From Parcubacteria group bacterium (GTDB taxonomy: Bacteria; Patescibacteriota; Minisyncoccia; Moranbacterales; UBA11712), in NCBI GenBank assembly GCA_041659065.1, contig JBAZYY010000003.1:20696-84695 (forward strand): 64,000 nt of DNA. The letters run 5' to 3'. Shown here piece after piece: positions 37,139 to 45,244 of the stretch. Each line of letters begins with the position of its first letter. The first letter of the stretch is position 1. Position numbers and translations under genes: made by a program. The notes under the pieces are model-generated. The model worked only from the letters and a program-made list of their open reading frames with translations. It was not told where the DNA came from and ran no database searches.

Positions 37139-38587
37139 ATGTCAACCGACAAAACGCTAAACAAAAAAATAATCAATCGGATGCTCAAAGATAAGCAAGT
37201 CCGCATTGCAATCACCAAAGAAAGCCACTATATATTCTTTCACCTATATTTTTCGCACTATGTTGTATACCCAACAGCTGAATTTCAAAAAGAGATTTTT
37301 GAGATGACGGAAGATAAAAAGAAGAAAAGCCTATTTATAGTCGCCTTTAGATCTTCCGCTAAATCGACAATTGCCACAATGTCACTTCCGATCTGGTCAA
37401 TTCTCGGAAAGCACCAGAAAAAGTTTGTGCTCATTCTGTGCCAGACCCGCCACCAAGCGAAACAGCATATGATAAATCTTAAACAAGAATTGGAAAGCAA
37501 CGAACTGCTCAAAAACGATCTGGGGCCATTCCAAGAAGAAGGAGATTCCGAATGGGGCACGACATCGCTGGTGTTTTCGCGCCTCAACGCTCGGATCAGC
37601 GTAGCTTCCTCCGAGCAAAGTATCCGCGGACTGCGTCACAACCAATACCGACCCGATTTAATCATTGGTGACGATGTTGAAGATATGAACTCAACAAGAA
37701 CTCGAGAAGGTCGGGATAAAACCTACCAGTGGCTGACCAGTGAAGTTATTCCCTGCGGAGACCGAAACACTCGGTTGGTTATTGTCGGAAATCTTCTCCA
37801 TGAAGATTCGCTCCTCATGCGATTGAAACAAGATTTGGAGGAAAAAAAGATTGACGGACATTTTTTGTCCTACCCGCTGGTTGATGAAAACGGTATCATC
37901 CTTTGGCCGGGGAAATATCCAACACCGGAAGATATCGCCCTTGAGCGAAAGAAGATTGGTAGTGAATCTGCTTGGCAACGTGAATTCCTGTTACGTATCG
38001 TTCCCAGCGAAGGACAACTTATCGATCCGAGATGGATCCGCTACTATGACGAATTGCCGACCAAAGCTGAAGCGCGATTCAGATATACCGCCACCGGAGT
38101 CGACTTGGCTATTTCAAAAAACGAAACGGCCGATTATACCGCCATGGTGTCGGGTAATATTTATAACTGGGACGGTGATGTTACCATTTATATCTTGCCG
38201 GATCCCATCAACAAGCGATGGAGTTTTCCAGAAACAGTTGACCAGATAAAAATTCTCGCCAATGCCGGCAAGAATTACCCCTACTTCTATATCGAGGAAA
38301 TCGGATATCAGGCTGCTTTAATTGGACAGCTTCAGCACGAAGGTATCCGCAATGTCAGCGGAGCCAAGGTGCATGGGCAAGATAAGCGTTCAAGGTTGGC
38401 GCTTACTACACATCTCATCAAATCAGGAAAAGTGCTTTTTCCGAGAAAGGGCGCGGAATTTCTGATTCAGCAACTGACCGGATTTGGCATTGAGAAACAT
38501 GATGATTTGGCCGATGCTTTTGCGATTCTCGTGCTCAAAACCATGCAAGGCGATCACTGGCTTCCGAGGGTTGATTGGGTATCATAA
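37139..38587 (+). CDS. phage terminase large subunit
   Basis: ATPase region (VAFRSSAKSTIAT Walker A-like; LIIGDDVED Walker B) and a C-terminal RNaseH-like nuclease region (YTAMVSGNIY ... YIEEIGYQA ... HDDLADAFAI). Confidence 0.8.
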   Translation: MSTDKTLNKKIINRMLKDKQVRIAITKESHYIFFHLYFSHYVVYPTAEFQKEIFEMTEDKKKKSLFIVAFRSSAKSTIATMSLPIWSILGKHQKKFVLILCQTRHQAKQHMINLKQELESNELLKNDLGPFQEEGDSEWGTTSLVFSRLNARISVASSEQSIRGLRHNQYRPDLIIGDDVEDMNSTRTREGRDKTYQWLTSEVIPCGDRNTRLVIVGNLLHEDSLLMRLKQDLEEKKIDGHFLSYPLVDENGIILWPGKYPTPEDIALERKKIGSESAWQREFLLRIVPSEGQLIDPRWIRYYDELPTKAEARFRYTATGVDLAISKNETADYTAMVSGNIYNWDGDVTIYILPDPINKRWSFPETVDQIKILANAGKNYPYFYIEEIGYQAALIGQLQHEGIRNVSGAKVHGQDKRSRLALTTHLIKSGKVLFPRKGAEFLIQQLTGFGIEKHDDLADAFAILVLKTMQGDHWLPRVDWVS

Positions 38588-38626
38588 TAGGCGTTTTTCA
38601 AGGCTTTTCGGGGTCTGGACAAAGGT

Positions 38627-40012
38627 TTGGGTTTGCGTCATTCATTGTGGTATATGAATACTCAAATGAATCAGACTATTACAAGCCAGATAGGTGCCAA
38701 ACCGCCGGAGGAACCGATGAAAACACGCTATTGCCTTTACGCGAGAAAATCCACCGAATCGGAAGAGCAGCAGGTGCTTTCCATAGAATCCCAAGTGAAG
38801 GAAATGCTCCAGATCGCCGAACGCGATGGACTCGAGATTGCGGAGATCCGGCGCGAAAGCCATTCGGCGAAAGATTCGGGACAGCGGCCCGTGTTCAGCG
38901 AACTTGTTGAAGACATCCGAAAAGAAAAATTCAACGGCATCCTCACCTGGGCGCCGGATCGCTTGAGCCGCAATGCCGGAGATCTCGGATCGCTTGTCGA
39001 CCTCATGGATCAGAAACTCCTGTTCGAGATCCGCACATACGGGCAAACCTTTGCCAACTCGCCGAACGAAAAATTCCTACTGATGATTCTTTGCTCGCAG
39101 GCGAAGCTCGAAAACGATAACAAGAGCGTCAACGTGAAGCGGGGTCTTCGGGCGAGGTGCGAAATGGGACTCTGGCCGACGCTTGCTCCAGTCGGATACA
39201 CGAACGGACAGACCGAAGATCGGAAAGGCCGCGTCGTCCCGGATTCCGAAAGAGCTCCGGTCGTCAAAAAAATCTTCGAGAAGATGGCTCACGAGAAATG
39301 GAGCGGAAGGAAAATATTTCACTGGCTCAAGTTCGAGCTTAACTTCAAAACCAGAGGCGGAAAGTCTCTGTCGCTCTCGAGTATATACGTCATGATCCAG
39401 AATTCTTTTTACTACGGCCCCTTTGAATATCCAAGAGGAAGCGGAAACTGGTATCAGGGGAAGCACGATCCGATCATCACGAAGGAATTGTTCGATCTTG
39501 CGAACGAGCAGATCAAGCGCGATCGGATTGTGAAAGACAGCAAGGAGTTCGCTTTTACTAAATTGATGAAATGCGGATTGTGTGGGTCGGGAATCTCGGC
39601 CGAAGAAAAATACAAGAAGCTCAAGAACGGGAATGTCAACAAACACGTATATTACGGATGCACGAGATCGCGGGATCTCAAATGCAAATGTGGATACATG
39701 AAAGAAGATGACATAATTTCGCAGCTGGTGAAAATAGTGGATGATCTCGATATGAACGAGATCGGAATTAAGAAACAATTTCAGGAAGAGGTGGAGCGAT
39801 TCAACAAATTCCAACAGATGGTGCTCAAGATGAACGGCCGGGAAAACGAAATAGATAAAATGTTGGAATTCGATATCCGGATGTATGCCAAATATGTATT
39901 GAAAGAAGGAAGTGTTACTGAAAAAAGAGAAATGCTGGCGGGACTCACAAGCAAGCTGATCGTGGAGAACAAGCAGATCCGACTGGAAAAAGCGGAGAGT
40001 GAAAAAAGTTGA
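38627..40012 (+). CDS. large serine recombinase (phage-type integrase)
   Basis: N-terminal resolvase catalytic domain (YCLYARKSTESEEQQ with catalytic Ser; WAPDRLSRN), a recombinase domain, and a zinc-ribbon CGLCGS...YYGC...C. Confidence 0.85.
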   Translation: MGLRHSLWYMNTQMNQTITSQIGAKPPEEPMKTRYCLYARKSTESEEQQVLSIESQVKEMLQIAERDGLEIAEIRRESHSAKDSGQRPVFSELVEDIRKEKFNGILTWAPDRLSRNAGDLGSLVDLMDQKLLFEIRTYGQTFANSPNEKFLLMILCSQAKLENDNKSVNVKRGLRARCEMGLWPTLAPVGYTNGQTEDRKGRVVPDSERAPVVKKIFEKMAHEKWSGRKIFHWLKFELNFKTRGGKSLSLSSIYVMIQNSFYYGPFEYPRGSGNWYQGKHDPIITKELFDLANEQIKRDRIVKDSKEFAFTKLMKCGLCGSGISAEEKYKKLKNGNVNKHVYYGCTRSRDLKCKCGYMKEDDIISQLVKIVDDLDMNEIGIKKQFQEEVERFNKFQQMVLKMNGRENEIDKMLEFDIRMYAKYVLKEGSVTEKREMLAGLTSKLIVENKQIRLEKAESEKS

Positions 40013-40234
40013 TAAATCAGCAGAGAAGCAGTATAGTGATATTAACAATTTAGCCTAAACTCACGCCTTCTGGTGTGAGCATGGCGCATAAAACCTAGCT
40101 AATAGAGACGGCCTCATGGTCGACACTTATTAGCTAGGTCGGTGTTCCGAAAGGGCATCGGGCAATCCGAAAGGGTTGTCGTCGTACTGTGGGGCCTTTT
40201 GTGTACCCACAAAATAAATCCTAGCTAAAAAATC

Positions 40235-41164
40235 ATGGAAAAAAACTATTGGGTCGTCCGGATGGGCGAAGCAAACAAGTATGCCGATTATGCGCACGAA
40301 AACAATCTAGTCGCCATCGGCTGGAACGAACTGAAAAAAGACTTGAACGAGTATCGGGCGTTGAATAAAAAAGAATTCTTCAAAACAGTTATTCCTCTTC
40401 TCGAAGAAGCCTATGAAATTAACTCAAAGGCAAATTCAATGAATGCCGGCCAGTTATTCAGATTCAGCAACTTGGTGGAAATCGGAGATATTGTGCTGGT
40501 GCCAAAAATGCAGGAAGGAAAAGTATATGTCGGTTCGATCGAAGGCGATTATATATATCATCAGGAATCGCCTGACGAATTCGGCTATCATCACAGAAGA
40601 GCGGTGAAATGGATCAAAACAATCAGCACCCAAGATCTATCCCAGAATCTGCGCAATTCAATCGGAGCGATGATGACGATTTTCAGCGTCAACAAATATG
40701 CGGACGAAATTGAGACGCTATTAAGCAAAGACAAAGGCGCAAGCAATGATATAGAAAGTTTGGAAAGCTTCGGGCTGGAATCCCAACTCGAAGATTTTAT
40801 TGTGGAAAATTGGGATAAACTCACTTTGGGTAAAAGTTATGAAATCCTGCAAGAGAATGGTCAGATAATCGGCCAGCAATTCGCAACACCAGTCGGAAGA
40901 ATAGATATTCTTGCCAAAAATAAAGATGGCAAAGAGTGGCTGGTGATCGAACTCAAAAAAGGAAAAAGCAGCGACCATGTTATAGGACAAACATTGAGAT
41001 ACATCGCCTGGATCAAGGAAAACGAGGCTGGAGCGGATGAAAATGTCAAAGGCCTCATAATCACCAAAGATCAAGATGAAAAGTTGAAATATTCCTTGAA
41101 AGCCGCGCCCGATGTGGATTCGATGACCTATTCGGTAAATTTTCAACTGAATAAACCTGAATAA
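40235..41164 (+). CDS. DUF91/NucS-like PD-(D/E)xK nuclease with N-terminal PUA/EVE-like domain (possible modification-dependent restriction enzyme)
   Basis: The C-terminus has PVGRIDILAKNKDGKEWLVIELKKGKSSDHVIGQTLRYIAWI (DUF91 signature). The N-terminal ~150 aa (YWVVRMGE...W...GDIVLV) has an EVE-like pattern; this domain call is tentative. Confidence 0.5.
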   Translation: MEKNYWVVRMGEANKYADYAHENNLVAIGWNELKKDLNEYRALNKKEFFKTVIPLLEEAYEINSKANSMNAGQLFRFSNLVEIGDIVLVPKMQEGKVYVGSIEGDYIYHQESPDEFGYHHRRAVKWIKTISTQDLSQNLRNSIGAMMTIFSVNKYADEIETLLSKDKGASNDIESLESFGLESQLEDFIVENWDKLTLGKSYEILQENGQIIGQQFATPVGRIDILAKNKDGKEWLVIELKKGKSSDHVIGQTLRYIAWIKENEAGADENVKGLIITKDQDEKLKYSLKAAPDVDSMTYSVNFQLNKPE

Positions 41165-41446
41165 TCAATGAATGTTGAGTATTGAAAAAACGAAAGAATT
41201 GCTAGATGACAAAACCATATCGGACGATCAAGCCGAAAAAATCAGGGATGATGTGCAGACGCTTGCCGAAATCATCATCGAAAAATACATATCTGACAGA
41301 AAAAGCGGAAAGTGGAAAGACTGAAATTTCAGACCAACAAAAAGAAGCTATCGCGGAAAATATAGCCTCTTTTTTCTTCAAGTTTTGGAAGAATAGAAAT
41401 AATCTAAAATCGACGGAATAATTTTGAAGCCATCGAAATACAAAAA

Positions 41447-41471
41447 CCAAGGCCTTTCGAGCCTTGGTTTT
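41447..41471 (+). terminator. rho-independent terminator
   Basis: ccaaggc-ctttcga-gccttgg hairpin followed by TTTTAT. Confidence 0.6.
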
Positions 41472-41621
41472 ATATCTTGATGGCGATAGGACTGGAACCG
41501 AATTAATGGCTTGAATAAAGTAAATCGATTTTTTTATGGCGACCGGACGTTGTGAAGCTATGGCCTAAAATAGCTTGTATATAGTAAAAAGGATCGGTCT
41601 CTCGATAAAAAAATGTAGCTG

Positions 41622-41930
41622 CTCCCGGGACAGGATTCGAACCTGTAACCAATTGATTACACTTATCCTAATGTTTCCAAAAGGGGTGGACTATATCATT
41701 CCCGCATAGCGGGATGAGGCGCTTCCCCCGACGTGACGTCGGAGTACTCTCTTTCGAGATAGTCTCTGAACCTTCCCTGACATTAAGTCGGGGCTTGGCT
41801 TCTGATTACCTTTTTTCGGCTGAAGAAAATTAAGGCTTCCAGAAATTCACCTCATTTTCACTTCCAAATTTCTCTGAAAGGCTGCGTTTAATGTTCACAG
41901 TCAACTGCTCTACCATTGAGCTACCCGGGA
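41622..41930 (-). tRNA. tRNA gene interrupted by a group I intron in the anticodon loop (anticodon most consistent with GUU/Asn; alternatives not excluded)
   Basis: 5' exon UCCCGGG-UA-GCUCAAUGGUAGAGC-A-GUUGA-CUGU. The 3' exon is UAAUCAAU-UGGUU-ACAGGUUCGAAUCCUGU-CCCGGGA-G. The acceptor halves are perfectly complementary across ~300 nt. The intervening ~236 nt carries the group I core elements R (GGTTCAGAGACTA) and S (ATGATATAGTCC), a P1 (CUGU/GCAG with a U.G pair at the splice site), a P10, and a terminal G. Confidence 0.7.
41660..41895 (-). ncRNA. group I self-splicing intron (tRNA anticodon-loop insertion)
   Basis: Conserved R and S elements forming P7 (GACUA/UAGUC), P- and Q-like elements (AATTTCTGGAAGCC / AATCAGAAGCC), and an omega-G at the 3' end. 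There is no internal ORF. Confidence 0.65.
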
Positions 41931-41933
41931 ATA

Positions 41934-42170
41934 TTATATTCTATTTTTTAGGAACCTTCTTCCAAAACCAGTCTTAAAATATTTCTCTCTTTGAATTGCT
42001 TTATTGCGATCCAGGCAAGCTTCATAATATACCAGGACAAGGGGAGCTCTTTCTTTTGTGGCGTCAACCAATTTCGAGTTATGTTCTTTTAATCTTTTTC
42101 TAAGATCTGCTGTAAAACCAACATACAATTTATTATCGTTTTCACTTTTAATAACGTAGGTATAATACAT
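41934..42170 (-). CDS. GIY-YIG nuclease superfamily protein (YhbQ-like)
   Basis: MYYTYVIKSENDNKLYVGFTADLRKRLKEHN is a GIY-YIG core. It ends 4 nt from the tRNA 5' end. Confidence 0.7.
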   Translation of the reverse strand: MYYTYVIKSENDNKLYVGFTADLRKRLKEHNSKLVDATKERAPLVLVYYEACLDRNKAIQREKYFKTGFGRRFLKNRI

Positions 42171-42182
42171 AAACTATTATTG

Positions 42183-42228
42183 AGCCCCGCCCGCAACGCC
42201 TTGCAAGCAAGCCTTGCATGGCGGGCGG
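42183..42228. other. GC-rich nested hairpin (CCCGCCCGC ... GCGGGCGGG)
   Basis: A 9-bp perfect GC stem enclosing an inner palindrome CTTGCAAGCAAG, lying between the GIY-YIG gene and a 14-bp repeat of the tRNA 5' end. Confidence 0.5.
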
Positions 42229-42498
42229 GTACCCGGGAATATTCGTATTCAAAGAACACGATGGGATTATAATAGAATAATGCCAGTTTGGCAAGTCCGG
42301 TAGTAGAAATTTGACAAAGAAAAATTCTCCTTTTTTTTTGCGAAAAACATAAGTATAGCGACATATATTTCGTATTTCCCAAGCTACGAATTCTGGCTAA
42401 TAGCTGGTCAAATTTTCACTACTGGGCAAGATTAGGCTAAAAGCCTGAAATGTGATAAAATAGTACGCGCTTGAGCAAAATAACCCGAAAAATAAAAG

Positions 42499-43815
42499 GT
42501 GATTAAGAAAAAGCTTATAAAACGGATATTTGCAACCCTTCTTTTGGCGCTTCTAGCCACGCCAAGCGGGGTTTTTTATTTTGCCGAAAATGTCGCTGAG
42601 GCGAAAACAAAGCCGACGAAATGGCAGACAATGCTCGAAGAAAATAAGGTTGACCAGAGTCTTTGGGCAAAATATCTTCCGACAATCAGCCGCACTGAAT
42701 ACAATAAAGTTAAGATGAAATTGGACGGCAAAACAGAAGTCAAAGCCCAGAAGAAATCAAAAAAAACCAAGTGGCAGAAAATGCTCGAGAAGAACAATGT
42801 TGATCAGTCGCTCTGGCGAAAGTATTTGCCAAAGGTTTCTCGCAAAGAATATCTTAAGGTGAAAAAAGCCTTGCGCAGTATGGGCTTGGGCGGCGGGTCA
42901 CTGGGGCCGACAATCAGGATAGGACTTTTTAGCCTGAATCCAAACGCTGACAGCAGCGACCGCAGGGTGAAAGTGAAAACTGTGGCGGGAAGCTACACGG
43001 TGAAAAATTTAAACGGCACGGTACTGGCGTCTGTTTCCGCGGACACCGTGACGGATATCAAGCTCGAAAAGAATAAAAACTTCAGCTTTAACGATGTCGA
43101 GGTCGGGAATAAAATCAGAATTGAGGCGGCCGACACCAGCGGAGTCATTAAAATTGATAATTGCAAAAACGACAAATACGATACGGACGCGGATGGAAAC
43201 CGATTCGCGATTGGCTGCTATGGGGACTATGATGAATTTCGCGGAACCTTGGAATTGAGCCAGGACGATGAAGGCACGCCCTGGGTGATTGACGAATTGC
43301 CACTTGAACAATACACCTGGGGGACAGGCGAAATCGGAGATTGCGTGCATGAGTACTACAAACTGTTTTCCATTGTTTTTCGCACTTATGGCTATCGTAA
43401 TTTGGAAAGCAAAAAATCAACGCATGCCAAACATAACTTCGATTTATCCGACACTTCGTCTGACCAGATCTATAAAGGCTATAAGATTGAAGAAAATTAT
43501 CCGGATATGAAGCGGGCGGCGGCGGAAACGCGCGGGCAGATAGTCACTTATAAGGGGAAGACGGCTCTTACGCCGTATTGCTCATGGTCGGACGGCCGTA
43601 CCCGGAATTTCCCGGGCGATTACCCGTATCTTAAAGGGGGTAAAGACAAATACGGGAAACATCCGACGAAAAGCACGAAAGAGCTGAAGGACGAAGGAAA
43701 TCATATGTACGGCCTCGTCGCAAATGGTGCCAGAAAAATGGTAGAAAAAGGGAAAACGTATAAACAAGCCATTGCCTATTATTTAAAAGGGGTTGATATT
43801 ACGGGAGCGTACTAA
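42499..43815 (+). CDS. secreted SpoIID/LytB-domain protein with internal tandem duplication
   Basis: A signal peptide, then a ~38-aa segment (KWQTMLEENKVDQSLWAKYLPTISRTEY) repeated twice. The C-terminus has HAKHNFDLSDTSSDQIYKGY resembling the SpoIID catalytic region. Confidence 0.5.
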   Translation: MIKKKLIKRIFATLLLALLATPSGVFYFAENVAEAKTKPTKWQTMLEENKVDQSLWAKYLPTISRTEYNKVKMKLDGKTEVKAQKKSKKTKWQKMLEKNNVDQSLWRKYLPKVSRKEYLKVKKALRSMGLGGGSLGPTIRIGLFSLNPNADSSDRRVKVKTVAGSYTVKNLNGTVLASVSADTVTDIKLEKNKNFSFNDVEVGNKIRIEAADTSGVIKIDNCKNDKYDTDADGNRFAIGCYGDYDEFRGTLELSQDDEGTPWVIDELPLEQYTWGTGEIGDCVHEYYKLFSIVFRTYGYRNLESKKSTHAKHNFDLSDTSSDQIYKGYKIEENYPDMKRAAAETRGQIVTYKGKTALTPYCSWSDGRTRNFPGDYPYLKGGKDKYGKHPTKSTKELKDEGNHMYGLVANGARKMVEKGKTYKQAIAYYLKGVDITGAY

Positions 43816-43909
43816 AGGAAGTTAAAATTTTCATGCCAGGGGCAGGTCAGCCTATGGCTGAAAAAATGAAAAGTGAAAGGTTATGGTGTCCCGCCTTGGC
43901 GGGATGCTT

Positions 43910-45244
43910 TTAATATGTGGCGGCGAGATCCAAGGCCTTCTTGAAGTTGACTTTTCCTCCGGATTTTATTTTTCCCGCAAGACTGGCATTGGAGTCAACT
44001 GAATTTTCGATAATTTGAATTATTTGAACATTCGAAAGGGTCGGCTTTTTTGAAAGCAGGAGCCCGGCTTCAGCGGTGACAAACGCAGCGGACAAGGAGC
44101 TGCCCTCGGCCGAAACATACCCGCTTTTTTTATTGGAAAGCCCGACAATATCGTCGTCATCAGTCCCTCCGGGGGCAACCACATCTACGGAAGTCGCGCC
44201 GTAATCGGAATAATAAGCAAGATTTCCGTCGCGGTCCGATGCTCCAACGCAGATGATGTTTGGCAGGTCAAAATCACAGGGGTACATTTTTTGATTCGGA
44301 TCGGCGCCGTCGTGATTATAGCCGTTTCCTTCGTCATCCCCGTTGCCCGCAGCCGTGACGAAAACGCCCGGGTAATTGGCAATGGTATCTTTCAAAACCA
44401 GATCTAAGCCCTCATCACCATAGCTGCCCCAGCTCGCGTTAATAATCGGAACACCTTTCGATTTGGCATAGTTGATGGCTGTGATAGCCTGATCGGTCGT
44501 AAAATCGAACTTCAAGGGCATGACGCGCAGATGATTATAATAGCTCGCGCCGGCGATACCGGTCTTATTTTTTGTCACAGCGGCGATTATTCCGGCCAAA
44601 AAAGTTCCGTGTCCGTCCGAGTCAGTGGGTTTGTTTTTGGGCCGGTTGATGTTTCGGCCCTTAGCCTTGCCTTTGGACAGGTTTTTTTTCAGGTCTTTGT
44701 GGTTGTAATTAACTCCAGTGTCGATTACTCCGATGACAAGATTTGTTTGCTTCTTCGCTTCCGTCCCCCAGGCGGATTCGGCGTCTACTCCTCCCGCTAT
44801 CCTATATGTTGGAGAAAGCGACCATTGCTGGGCATAATATTTGTCGTCCGTGACTGAAGCTAAGGGCTTATATTTGAAATTGGGCTGGGCGGATTTTACG
44901 GCCGGATTTTTTTTGACGTCTTTCAGGATTTTCTCTACCGGCTTTTGCTCCGGACTCTTCATTACATAAAGATTCTGGTCATCGCCCGCGGGCAAGATAG
45001 GGGAAACGATCAAATTTTCTTTTTGGGCTATCTGGAAGGCCGCCTGAGGTGAATCTATTTTCACGATTGCTTCGCTTTCCGCGTAATTTGGCGCGGTATT
45101 GCTTTCGTCCGGAATGCTATTTTCCGACGCTTGCGCCTGCGAAGGGCTATTTTCAGTCCACAAAAAAAATCCCATGACTAGGAACGATACCAAAACGAAA
45201 TAGCATTTTTTCATCAGATTCTTTTTAGGTTGGCTTATAAACAT
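43910..45244 (-). CDS. subtilisin-like serine protease (peptidase S8)
   Basis: Catalytic triad blocks GVIDTGVNYNHKDL (Asp), HGTFLAGIIAA (His) and GSSLSAAFVTAEAGLL (Ser), with an N-terminal signal/TM segment. Confidence 0.8.
   Translation of the reverse strand: MFISQPKKNLMKKCYFVLVSFLVMGFFLWTENSPSQAQASENSIPDESNTAPNYAESEAIVKIDSPQAAFQIAQKENLIVSPILPAGDDQNLYVMKSPEQKPVEKILKDVKKNPAVKSAQPNFKYKPLASVTDDKYYAQQWSLSPTYRIAGGVDAESAWGTEAKKQTNLVIGVIDTGVNYNHKDLKKNLSKGKAKGRNINRPKNKPTDSDGHGTFLAGIIAAVTKNKTGIAGASYYNHLRVMPLKFDFTTDQAITAINYAKSKGVPIINASWGSYGDEGLDLVLKDTIANYPGVFVTAAGNGDDEGNGYNHDGADPNQKMYPCDFDLPNIICVGASDRDGNLAYYSDYGATSVDVVAPGGTDDDDIVGLSNKKSGYVSAEGSSLSAAFVTAEAGLLLSKKPTLSNVQIIQIIENSVDSNASLAGKIKSGGKVNFKKALDLAATY

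Larger units (their letters stand above)
19969..41634. mobile_element. ~21.6-kb integrated genomic island (defence plus phage-remnant cargo) at a tRNA 3' end, with a large serine recombinase
   Basis: Bounded by direct repeats of the tRNA 3' end (19969..19980 and 41623..41634). It contains the serine recombinase, TerS/TerL, the ParB-MTase, the type I R-M system and other defence-type genes. There is a strand switch between the minus-strand cargo and the plus-strand phage-like genes. Confidence 0.55.

Noticed and set aside
38642-40048. Minus-strand ORFs (134 aa, 323 aa) overlapping the serine recombinase
   Set aside because: They are antisense shadow ORFs of a recombinase with a canonical catalytic Ser domain and zinc ribbon. 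Their composition is low-complexity.
41622-41930. tmRNA (ssrA) as an explanation for a ~310-nt RNA with a tRNA-like T-arm/acceptor
   Set aside because: A complete canonical D-arm (GCUCAAUGGUAGAGC) and anticodon stem are present, and the internal segment carries the group I intron R/S core elements. There is no tag-peptide ORF ending in ..AA-stop, nor any tmRNA pseudoknot signatures. An intron-containing tRNA fits better.
42089-42382. 97-aa minus-strand ORF overlapping the GIY-YIG gene start and the GC hairpin
   Set aside because: It overlaps a well-supported GIY-YIG ORF and a structured repeat region. It has low-complexity composition and no RBS, so it is likely spurious.
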